64,000 nucleotides of DNA from positions 2,420,001 through 2,484,000 of the forward strand of contig CM075999.1 in NCBI GenBank assembly GCA_038087875.1, written 5' to 3'. The notes under the pieces are model-generated. The model was not told the origin of the DNA and did not search any database. It saw only the letters and a list, made by a program, of their open reading frames with translations. Shown piece by piece: positions 51,612 through 63,192 of the stretch (the stretch's first letter is position 1; each line of letters opens with the position of its first letter). The position numbers were made by a program, and so were the translations under genes. Source of the DNA: Malacoraja senta. Lineage: Eukaryota.

Positions 51612-54575
51612 GTGAGCAGAGAAACAGAGGGGTGTAAAATGCGGGCGGAAGCAATAGGTAGCAAGGTGAAAAGTAAAAGTGGCAGGCAGACAAATCCAGG
51701 GCAAAAATCAAAAAGGGCCACTTTTCAACATAATTGTATAAGGGGTAAGAGTGTTGTAAAAACAAGCCTGAAGGCTTTGTGTCTCAATGCAAGGAGCATT
51801 CGTAATAAGGTGGATGAGTTGAACGTGCAGATAGCTATTAATGATTATGATATAGTTGGGATCACGGAGACATGGCTCCAGGGTGACCAAGGCTGGGAGC
51901 TGAACATCCAGGGATATTCAATATTCAGGAGGGATAGAGAGAAAGGAAAAGGAGGTGGGGTAGCGTTGCTGGTTAGAGAGGAGATTAACGCAGTGGAAAG
52001 GAAGGACATTAGCTTGGAGGATGTGGAATCGGTATGGGTAGAGCTGCGAAACGCTAAGGGGCAGAAAACGCTGGTGGGTGTTGTGTACAGGCCACCTAGC
52101 AGCAGTAGTGAAGTTGGGGATGGCATCAAACAGGAAATTAGAAATGCGTGCAACAAAGTCAAAACAGTAATAATAGGTGACTTCAATCTACATATAGATT
52201 GGGTGAATCAAATTGGCAGGGGTGCTGAGGAAGAGGATTTCTTGGAATGTATGCGGGATAGTTATCTAAACCAAACTGTAGAGGAACCAACGAGAGAGCA
52301 GGCTATTCTAGACTGGGTATTGAGTAATGAGGAAGGGTTAGTTAGCAGTCTTGTTGTGCGTGCCCCCTTGGGCCAGAGTGACCATAATATGGTTGAGTTC
52401 TTCATTAGGATGGAGAGTGACATTGTTAATTCAGAAACAACGATTCTGAACTTAAAGAAAGGTAACTTTGAGGGTATGAGACGTGAATTGGCCAAGATTG
52501 ACTGGCAATTAGTTCTAAAAGGGTTGACGGTGGATATGCAATGGAAGGCATTTAAAGACTGCATGGATGAACTACAAAAATTGTTCATCCCAGTTTGGCA
52601 AAAGAATAAATCAGGGAAGGTAGTGCATCCGTGGATAACAAGGGAAATCAGGGATAGTATCAAAGCAAAAGATGATGCGTACAAATTAGCCAGAAAAAGC
52701 AGCATACCAGAGGACTGGGAGAAATTCAGAGACAAGCAGAGGACAAATGGCTTAATTAGGAAAGGGAAAATAGATTATAAAAGAAAACTGGCAGGGAACA
52801 TAAAAACTGACTGCAAAAGTTTTTATAGATATGTGAAGAGAAAGAGATTAGTTAAAACAAATGTAGGTCCCTTGCAGTCAGAAACAGGTGAATTGATTAT
52901 GGGGAACAAGGATATGGCGGACCAATTGAATAACTACTTTGGTTCCGTCTTCACTAAGGAAGACATAAATAATCTGCCGGAAATAGCAGGGGGCCGCGGG
53001 TCAAAGGAGATGGAGGAACTGAGTGAAATCCAGGTTAGTCGGGAAGTGGTGTTGGGTAAATTGAATGGATTAAAGGCCGATAAATCACCAGGGCCAGATA
53101 GGCTGCATCCCAGAGTACTTAAGGAAGTAGCTCCAGAAATAGTGGATGCATTAGTGATAATTTTTCAAAATTCTTTAGATTCTGGAGTAGTTCCTGAGGA
53201 TTGGAGGGTAGCAAACGTAACCCCACTTTTTAAGAAGGGAGGGAGAGAGAAAACGGGGAATTACAGACCAGTTAGTCTAACATCGGTAGTGGGGAAACTG
53301 CTAGAGTCAGTTATTAAAGATGGGATAGCAGCACATTTGGAAAGTGGTGACATCATTGGACAAAGTCAGCATGGATTTACGAAAGGTAAATCGTGTCTGA
53401 CGAATCTTATAGAATTTTTCGAGGATGTAACTAGTAGAGTGGATAGGGGAGAACCAGTGGATGTGTTGTATCTGGACTTTCAGAAGGCTTTCGACAAGGT
53501 ACCACATAAGAGATTAGTATACAAACTTAAAGCACACGGTATTGGGGGTCGAGTATTGATGTGGATAGAGAACTGGCTGGCAAACAGGAAGCAAAGAGTA
53601 GGAGTAAACGGGTCCTTTTCACAATGGCAGGCAGTGACTAGTGGGTACCGCAAGGCTCAGTGCTGAGACCCCAGCTATTTACAATTTATATTAATGACCT
53701 GGATGAGGGAATTGAAGGCAACATCTCCGTTTGCGGATGACACTAAGCTGGGGGGCAGTGTTAGCTGTGAGAAGGATGCTAGGAGACTGCAAGGTGACTT
53801 GGATAGGCTGGGTGAGTGGGCAAATATTTGGCAGATGCAGTATAATGTGGATAAATGTGAGGTTATCCACTTTGGTGGCAAAAACAGGAAAGCAGACTAT
53901 TATCTAAATGGTGGCCGATTAGGAAATGGGGAGATGCAGCGAGACCTGGGTGTCATGGTACACCAGTCATTGAAAGTAGGCATGCAGGTGCAGGTGCAGC
54001 AGGCAGTGAAGAAAGCGAATGGTATGTTAGCTTTCATAGCAAAAGGATTTGAGTATAGGAGCAGGGAGGTTCTACTGCAGTTGTACAGGGTCTTGGTGAG
54101 ACCACACCTGGAGTATTGCGTACAGTTTTGGTCTCCAAATCTGAGGAAGGACATTATAGCCATAGAGGGAGTGCAGAGAAGGTTCACCAGACTGATTCCT
54201 GGGATGTCAGGATTTTCATATGAAGAAAGACTGGATGGACTTGGCTTATACTCGCTAGACTTTAGGAGATTGAGAGGGGATCTTATAGAAACGTACAAAA
54301 TTCTTATGGGGTTGGACAGGCTAGATGCAGGAAGATTGTTCCCGATGTTGGGGAAGTCCAGGACAAGGGGTCACAGCTTAAGGATAAGGGGGAAATCCTT
54401 TAAGACCGAGATGAGGAAAAACGTTTTCACACAGAGAGTGGTGAATCTCTGGAACTCTCTGCCACAGAAGGTAGTTGAGGCCAGTTCATTGGCTATATTT
54501 AAGAGGGAGTTAGATGTGGCCCTTGTGGCTAAAGGGATCAGGGAGTATGGAGAGAAGGCAGGTACGGGATACTGA
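51612..54575 (+). pseudogene. CR1 ORF2 (APE endonuclease + reverse transcriptase), disrupted
   Basis: Split into ORFs 51612-53666 and 53694-54575. Against the sister copy at 59561-59660 there is a 1-bp deletion (gtgggtacc vs gtggggtacc, ~53643) and a 2-bp deletion (atctccgttt vs atctccaagttt, ~53728). Confidence 0.92.
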
Positions 54576-56151
54576 GTTGGATGATCAGCCATGATCATAT
54601 TGAATGGCGGTGCAGGCTCGAAGGGCCGAATGGCCTACTCCTGCACCTATTTTCTATGTATCTATGTATCTACGAGCTGAATTTCTCCTGTTTGCTTGCA
54701 CCATTAGTTTTAAGCACTTGTTATCTAGCTCTGGAAGCCCGGTTAGATTTTTAATTATGTAATTAAGTGTGCCGTGGTGGCACCATTGATACAAGTAGTT
54801 ACTCCTCAACCATCACGGCAAGAACCTTCCGTCACAACACGCACAGAGGAACATCACGCACATTAAACCCTGAAAAGCTTGTCACAGGATCAGTGAAGTG
54901 TTTGGGGCAGTCACAGATTATACACAGAGAGCTACTACTATTCTTCCCAAGATGTCCTTTTTCATTCCTGAACTCGGGATCAACTACTTGCTACACACTG
55001 GGATCACGGTAGATTTGCTGCCTCACAGCGCCAGAGACCCGGGCTCGATCCTGACTACGGGTGCTGTCTGTACGGAGTTTGCACGTTCTCCCCGTGTGGC
55101 CTGCGTGGGTTTCCTCTGGGTGCTCCGGTTTCCTCCCACACGTGCAGGTTTGTAGGTTAATTGGCTTTGGTATAATTGTAAATCGTCCCCAGTGTGTGTA
55201 GGACGGTGCTAGTGCGCGGGATCGCTGGTCGGCGCGGACTCGGTGGGCCGAAGGTTCTGTTTCCTCGCTGTGTCTCTGACGCGGAATGGCGGCCAAGTGG
55301 GACAGGCCCTGTACAGGGCCTGTCCCACTTGGCCGTCATTATGCGGCAGGCCTGTCGTGACTGTCGCGCGCGTCATCACGCGTCTTCAAGCCTCAGCACA
55401 GCCGTCTGGAGCGCGTGACGTCATTTGAATACCCAGTTTATGATATTTACCCAGTTTATGATATTTATGGTGATTTGCTAAAATGTTCCCGTTCCTTGAG
55501 TGACGCTAGCAATTGGCAAAAACTGCAGATGTAATGCCCCCATTCGAAAAAAGCAGTGAATGAAAAGTAGCAAGCTGCTGACCCAATTAATCTGCGGGAA
55601 GGAACTGCAGATGCTGGTTTAAATTGAAGATAGACACAAAATGCAGGAGTAACTCGGCGGGGCAGGCAGCATCTGTGGAGCGAAGGAATGGATGATGTTT
55701 CGGGTCGAGATGGGGGGGGGGGGGCGGAGGGAGAGGGGACGCAAGGGTTACTTGAAGTTAGAGAAGCAAATGTTCATACCACTGGGGTGTAAGATGCCCA
55801 AGCAAAATATGAGGTGCTGTTCCTCCAATTTGCGTTTGGCCTCACTCTGACAGTGGAGGAGGCCCAGGACAGAAAGGTCGGTGTGTACTTCTATCTGTTA
55901 TTCCAAGGCAAACAACACCAGCATTCCTGTCTACCCATGTAATTGTCTCCATAAATCTCTTCTGCACTTTTTATAAATCATTTACTGTACACCTTTCGTA
56001 AATAAATGGCGCCCTGGTCTCAATACTCCACTTATGGTTAAACGAGTGTCTTATAAACTTTCTTCATGTGTTCTTCTTGCCGTTAAACTCTGTGCATCCT
56101 CAAACCTTTTGGAAGGAGATGAGGAGGAATTTCTTTAGTCAGAGGGTGGTT

Positions 56152-56760
56152 TCCTGGTCCGAGAACACTGATGCCATTATTAAGAAAGCACATCAGCGCC
56201 TCTACTTCCTGAGAAGATTACGGAGAGTCGGTTTGTCAAGGAGGACTCTCTCTAACTTCTACAGGTGCACAGTAGAGAGCATGCTGACCGGTTGCATCGT
56301 GGCTTGGTTCGGCAACTTGAGCGCCCTGGAGTGGAATAGACTACAAAAAGTAGTAAACACTGCCCAGTCCATCATCGGCTCTGACCTCCCTTCCATCGAG
56401 GGGATCTACCACAGTCGCTGCCTCAAAAAGGCTGGCAGCATCATCAAGGACCCACACCATCCTGGCCACACACTCATCTCCCTACTACCTTCAGGTAGAA
56501 GGTACAGGAGCCTGAAGACTGCAACGATCAGGTTCAGGAACAGCTACTTCCCCACAGCCATCAGGCTATTAAACCTGGCTCGGACATAACACTGAACTTT
56601 ATTAGCCAATACTGTTATTTGCACTTTATCAGTATATTGACCATTGTGTATATATTTATAGAATGCCTTGTAGTAAATGCCTTCTGTTGTGCTGAAGCAA
56701 AGCAAGAATTTCATTGTCCTGTCAGGGCACATGACAATAAACTCACTTGACTTGACTTGA
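56152..56760 (+). mobile_element. Rex1/Babar-like LINE 3' fragment nested in an old CR1 fragment
   Basis: WSENTDAIIKKAHQRLYFLRRLRR...; the CR1 sequence (agagggtggt|gaatctgtggaattc) is split around it. Confidence 0.85.
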
Positions 56761-58281
56761 ATCTGTGGAATTCATTGCCACGGACGGCGGTGGAGGCCAA
56801 GTCAGTGGATATTTTTAAGGTGTAGATTGACAAATTCTTGATTAGTGCGGGTGTCTGGGGTTATGGGGGGAAGGCAGGAGAATGGGGTTGAGAGCTAAAG
56901 ATAGATCAGCCATGATTGAATGGCGGAGTAGGATTGATGGGCCGAATGGCCTAATTAGACAATAGATAATACGTGCAGGCCCTTCGAGCCAGCACCGCCA
57001 TTCAATGTGATCATGGCTGATCATCCCCAATCAGTACCCCGTTCCTGCCTTCTCTCCATATCCCCTGACTCCGCTATCTTTAAGAGCCCTATCTAGTTCT
57101 CTCTTGAAAGTATCCAGAGAACCGGCCTCCACCGCCCTCTGAGGCAGAGAATTCTGCACCTATCACTTATGAACATATGAACTTATGAAGTTATGAGTTT
57201 CTACATTTTCGTATCCCTTCGTTATCATCTCCTCCACAGCCAACAATGGACCATTGTGGGCTCTACCGTTCCTGTGTCATTCCTGAGCAGTTCCCTCCTA
57301 CACACACTCTGATAGGCATCCCTGAATTGAGTCAGGAATGTGTAGGAAGGAACTGCAGATGCTGCTTTGTACCAAGGATAGACGCAAAATGCTGCAGTAA
57401 CTCAGCGGGTCAGACAGCATCTCTGGAGAGAAGGAACGGGTGACGTTTCGGGTCGATGCTGCCTGTCCCACTGAGTTACTCCAGCATTTTAGCGTCTGTG
57501 TTTCGTTAGGAGTGAGCGGATCCAGTCTGCAAGGTGCACCAGCTTGCCCAGGAGGAAGAATCCCATTTAAACAGTTCCCCGACTCTGCAGTGCAAAGTGC
57601 GCACTCCTCTGACATTGCCTGGCTGCTTTGCTATCTCTGCTCATTACTGATTAGTTCACATGGCTGACAGCAATGCTCTATCACTTGTACATGCATCATA
57701 GTTCAGTGGGAACAGCAATAGATTTAAGCAAGCAGACTTAAGAGCCCACATCATTATGGATTCAGTGCAATTCATTCTGTGGGATTAAGACTCGTCTAGC
57801 AGGTGGGAGGATGTGTTCTGATGGCTGTTGCTACAGAAGATAAGCTGTGTTTTGATGGATCCCTATCCATCTTTAATTACCACCGCTCCAGTTTGCTGCG
57901 GGGCTTTCTAGCTGTCTTGCGTATGTGGGAGAAATTAGAGATTTCTTTTTCTGGTGTCACTCAACGGCACGGTGGCGCAACGGTAGAGTTGCTGCCTCAC
58001 AGCGCCAGAGACCCGGGTTCAATTCTGACTACGGGTGCTGTCTGTGCGGAGTTGGTATGTTTTCCCCGTGAACCTGCGTGGGTTTTTTTTTCCGGGTGCT
58101 CCGGTTTCCTCCCACACTGCAAAGACATACAGGTACATGATGGGGGGGGGGGGGGACCTCGTTGAAAACGCACCGAATAATGTAACTCCTTGGCCATAAT
58201 ACAGCACAGAACTTTTGAATGGACGAGAATGATCCCAGGAATGAATGGGTTAACATATGATTAACTTTATTAACATATGAT

Positions 58282-60590
58282 TGCCCTTGGCAAGAGTGAC
58301 CATAATATGGTTGAGTTCTTCATTAGGATGGAGAGTGACATTGTTAATTCAGAAACAAGGGTCCTGACCTAAAGAAAGGTAACTTTGAGGGTATGAGAAG
58401 TGAATTGGACAAGATAGACTGGCAATTGATTCTTAATGGGTTGACGGTAGATATGCAATGGAAGGCATTTAAAGACTGCATGGATGAACTACAACAATTG
58501 TTCATCCCAGTTTGGCAAAAAAATAAATCAGGGAAGGTAGTGCATCCTGGATAACAAGGGAAATCAGGGATAGTATCAAAACAAAAGATGAAGCGTACAA
58601 ATTAGCCAGAAAAATCAGCCTACCAGAGGACTGGGAGAAATTCAGAGTCCAGCAGAGGAGGACAAAGGGCTTAATTAGGAAAGGGAAAATAGATTATGAA
58701 AGAAAATTGACAGGGAACATAAAAATTGACTGCAAAAGCTTTTATAGATATGTGAAGAGAAAAAGATTAGTTAAAACAAATGTAGGTCACCTTGCAGTCA
58801 GAAACAGGTGAATTGATCATGGGGAACAAGGACATGGCAGACCAATTGAATAACTACTTTGGTTCTGTCTTCACTAAGGAAGACATAAATAATCTGCCGG
58901 AAATAGCAGGGACCGGGGGTCAAATGAGATGGAGGAACTGAGTGAAATCCAGGTTAGCCGGGAAGTGGTGTTAGGTAAATTGAATGGATTAAAGGCTGAT
59001 AAATCCCCCAGGGCCAGATAGGCTGCATCCCAGAGTACTTAAGGAAGTAGCCCCAGAAATAGTGGATGCATTAGTGATAATTTTTCAAAACTCTTTAGAT
59101 TCTGGAGTAGTTCCTGAGGATTGGAGGGTAGCTAATGTAACCCCACTTTATAAAAATGGAGGGAGAGAGAAAACGGGGAATTACAGACCAGTTAGTCTAA
59201 CGTCGGTAGTGGGGAAACTGCTAGAATCAGTTATTAAAGATGGGATAGCAGCACATTTGGAAAGTGGTGAAATCATTGGACAAAGTCAGCATGGATTTAT
59301 GAAAGGTAAATCATGTCTGACGAATCTTATAGAATTTTTTCGAGGATGTAACTAGTAGAGTGGATAAGGGAGAGCCAGTGGATGTGTTATATCTGGACTT
59401 TCGGAAGGCTTTCGACAAGGTCCCACATAAGAGATTAGTATACAAACTTAAAGCACACGGTATTGGGGGTTCAGTATTGATGTGGATAGAGAACTGGCTG
59501 GCAGACAGGAAGCAAAGAGTAGGAGTAAACGGGTCCTTTTCACAATGGCAGCAGTGACTAGTGGGGTACCGCAAGGCTCAGTGCTGGGACCCCAGCTATT
59601 TACGATATATATTAATGATTTGGACGAGCGAATTGAATGCAACATCTCCAAGTTTGCGGATGACACGAAGCTGGGGGGCAGTGTTAGCTGTGAGGAGGAT
59701 GCTCGGAGCTGTAAGGTGACTTGGATAGGCTGGGTGAGTGGGCAAATGCATGGCAGATGCAGTATAATGTGGATAAATGTGAGGTTATCCACTTTGGTGG
59801 CAAAAACAGGAAAGTAGACTATTATCTGAATGGTGGCCGATTAGGAAATGGGGAGATGCAGCGAGACCTGGGTGTCATGGTACACCAGTCATTAAAAGTA
59901 GGCATGCAGGTGCAGCAGGCAGTGAAGATGGCGAATGGTATGTTAGCATTCATAGCAAAAGGATTTGAGTATAGGAGCAGGGAGGTTCTACTGCAGTTGT
60001 ACAGGGTCTTGGTGAGACCACACCTGGAGTATTGCGTACAGTTTTGGTCTCCTAATCTGAGGAAAGACATTGTTGCCATAGAGGGAGTACAGAGAAGGTT
60101 CACCAGACTGATTCCTGGGATGGCAGGACTTTCATATGAAGAAAGACTGGATAGACCCGGCTTGTACTCGCTAGAATTTAGATGATTGAGGGGGGATCTT
60201 ATAGAAACGTACAAAATTCTTTAGGGATTGGGCAGGCTAGATGCAGGAAGATTGTTCCCGATGTTGGGGAAGTCCAGAACAAGGGGTCACAGTTTAAGGA
60301 TAAGGGGGAAATCTTTTAGTACCGAGATGAGGAAAACATTTTCACACAGAGAGTGGTGAATCTCTGGAATTCTCTGCCACAGAAGGTAGTTGAGCCCAGT
60401 TCATTGGCTATATTTAAGAGGGAGTTAGATGTGGCCCTTGTGGCTAAAGGGATCAGGGGGTATGGAGAGAAGGCAGGTACAGGATACTGAGTTGGATGAT
60501 CAGCCATGATCATATTGAATGGCGGTGCAGGCTCGAAGGGCCGAATGGCCTACTCCTGCACCTATTTTCTATGTCTATGTTTCTATGTCT
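58282..60590 (+). mobile_element. Second copy of the same CR1 family, 5'-truncated at the end of the APE domain, multiple frameshifts, nested in an older CR1 fragment
   Basis: Highly similar to ~52365-54660. ORF pieces at 59062, 59360, 59482 and 59721. The host CR1 (58225-58260) resumes at 60590-60900 (atgagcggttgacggc...). Confidence 0.93.
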
Positions 60591-60902
60591 ATGATGAGCG
60601 GTTGACGGCACTGGGCCTGTACTCGCTGGAGTTTAGAAGGATGAGGGGGAACCTCATTGAAACTTACTGAACAATGAAAGACCTGGATAGAGTGGATGTG
60701 GAGAGGATGTTTCAACTAGTGGGAGAGTCTAGGACCAGAGGGCGCAGCCTCAGAATGAAAGGACGTCCCTTTTGGAAGGAGATGAGGAACATTTTCTTTA
60801 GTCAGAGGGTGGTGAATCTGTGGAATTCATTGCCACAGACGGCTGTGGAGGCCAAGTCAGTGATATATTAAGGCGGAGATTGACAGATTTTTAATTAGTA
60901 TC

Positions 60903-61510
60903 GTTGTCACGCCGAAAAGCCAAGATACCGAACGGACACGAAGCCGAACGGACATGACGTCTCCGGGGACGGGATTGGTCCGACGCCTTGTCAGTCATCG
61001 ACAAAGATCAGCGATTGGTCCAGGATATGTCCATCACATCACTGGTCGGGGGGAGACGGGAGGTTTGGGGTGGGGGGAGCTTGAGCTTGCGTTTGTAAAA
61101 TAAAATGGTGGCAGTGACTCCAACTCTGCTGCGATTGCCACAGAGGCAGTGATGTGATGGACGCAGGGGTCCGGACCAATCGCCGACCTTTGTCGACGAC
61201 TGAAAATGTGTCGGACCAATCCCATCTGCAGAGACGTACAAGATACAACAATTTAACTATTTAAAAATGTAACAAGGTACAACAATTCATGCAGCAAATA
61301 TTGATTTTTTAAAAGTGTTTCATACCTATTTATCATTCCGGCTTCATGTCAGTTCGGCATCATAAATTTTCGACCGTGTCCGTTCGATGTATTTTCTTTC
61401 AGTGTCATGTCCGTTTGGCATCTCGGCTTTTCAACGTGATGTCCGTTCGGCATCTTGGCTTCGACTTTTTGGCTTCGGCTCCTCGTCCGTCGGCGTCCAG
61501 TCCGGGTACC
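60903..61510. mobile_element. Foldback-type DNA element with subterminal repeats, superfamily unassigned
   Basis: ccgaacggaca repeats on the left and tgtccgttcg(g) repeats on the right; internal ~90-bp inverted arms at 60956-61044 and 61147-61237. Confidence 0.65.
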
Positions 61511-61591
61511 TTTAAAAGACACTCGGACGGGTACATGGATAGGAGAAGCCTAGAGGGATATGAACCAAACACAGGTTAGATGAAGCATCTT

Positions 61592-61946
61592 TTTTTAAAT
61601 ATCAAAAAATAATTCATTCAATTCAATGCGATACAAAAATAAAAAACCAACACTGTGGTGACATCCCCACCACCATGTTACAAAATCATCAGACAACTAT
61701 GTTATAACTACTGTACAATCCCGGTAAAGGGGCAAGCATCTGGCTCGGGCAAAGCCCTCTTCCGCCTGGCGCCGTGACTCGCGGATGGCCAGCTTGGCCC
61801 AGGCCTAGGAGCAACCCAACCAGGACACCTTCAGCCCTGCCCGCTCCCGAGGTCCCGTCACCAGTCCTCCGGTCACTGACAGCAGAGCCGCTCCTCCCCT
61901 CGCGGACCCTCGGTGGAGTGGCGGAGCTCCTTGCCCTCCGGACCTC
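61592..61946 (-). mobile_element. Tx1-like LINE 3' fragment
   Basis: 14-bp TSD agatgaagcatctt at 61578-61591 and 61947-61960; minus strand reads EGVLVGLLLGL/AKLAIRESRRQAEEG; T-run at the left end. Confidence 0.75.
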
Positions 61947-62831
61947 AGATGAAGCATCTTGGTGGGAATGCACGTTGGGCCGAAGGGCCTGTTTCCATGA
62001 CTCTTTGGCTGCATGAGTCAAAGTTAATGGGCCCATTGTTCCCACCACACAGTGACTACACTTCAAACATATTTCAACGGCTATGCATCATTTGGAACTT
62101 CATAGAGTCCATTAAATCAACTATTACCTCTTTGCACGGCAGCACTGCCTGTAGGATGATTGTGCAAAAACACTAAAAAATATGCACTAACATTACTTAA
62201 ACGTAAGCATTTGGCCTAGAGTACTTTACCAGGGTTTTCAAGAAGCTCTAATAAATATCTCCAACTAACATATTCAGATGATATAGTTTTTTCTTATTCT
62301 AACAAAGGACATTAGCCTGTTGTAATGGTCTCATTACTCTGCCAAAAGTGCTTGCAAAGGGTTTTCAACTGCATTATGTTTTCATACACTAATATCATTG
62401 CTAATTTCAAAGCGAGAATGGTTTTAAGTAAGGGTTGCACTTAGTCATAGTCATGAGCTTCAAACCTTTGTTACTACGCACATATTTTCTTTGAGGCGAG
62501 GCATGAATGTTGAACCAGTTTTTTTGCAGATATCTTTTACGAGAACATTAATGGGCGGCACGGTGGAGCAGCGGTAGAGTTGCTGCCTCACGGCGCCTGA
62601 GACCCGGGTTCGACGCTGAAGATAGTCTCAAAAACCTGGAGTAACTCAGCGGGTCAGCCAGCGTCTCTGGAGAAGGGCAGCACGGTGGCGCAGCGGTGGA
62701 GTTGCTGCCTCACAGCGCCAGAGACCCGGGTTCGATCCTGACCACGGGTGCTTGTCTGCACGGAGTTTGTACGTTCTCCCCGTGACCTGCGTGGGTTTTC
62801 ACCGGGATCTCAGGTTTCTGGCCGATTTATT

Positions 62832-63192
62832 TATTTCATATTTCAAAGTAGACTTGATTCACTCAATAAATATCAACAATACATGAACCGTGCAAAAAAA
62901 ATAACTTCATCCGACATTTTCGGAGGCTATACATACATACAATACAGTTTCCCCGAATCACAATTTGACCCCACACCCTTGCCACTTATGTGGCCCAGTG
63001 GCGTTAACTCTTCACCTATTTTGAGGGGCATCTCCACCACACCCTGCCCCCCCCTCAATGTCCAGCAGCGGAAGGACCCTAGACTGTGGGGTCCCCCCCC
63101 CACCGAGCCTTGGCGTTGGCTGCACCGAGCTTCAGTGCGTCCCTCAGCACGTACTCCTGCAGTCTGGAGCGGGCCAGTCGGCAACATGCGGG
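62832..63192 (-). mobile_element. Tx1-like LINE 3' fragment (sister fragment at 19107-19266 + 19947-20060, plus strand)
   Basis: CCRLARSRLQEYVLRDALKLGAANAKAR; possible TSD cgatttatt at 62823-62831 and 63193-63201. Confidence 0.72.

Larger units (their letters stand above)
51105..54672 (+). mobile_element. CR1-clade (HER1-like) LINE, 5'-truncated within ORF1, ORF2 frameshifted
   Basis: ORF1 esterase tail, then ORF2 with APE motifs (LNARSIRNK, GITETWL, GDFN, SDHN) and RT motifs (KSPGPD, NYRPVSL, YLDFQKAFDKV, FADDTKL). CR1-type 3' UTR ends in a (CTATGTAT)-like microsatellite. Confidence 0.95.

Noticed and set aside
51612..53666. Functional host gene or autonomous active RT
   Set aside because: The frame breaks before the catalytic FADD motif and ORF1 is truncated, unless the deletions are sequencing errors.
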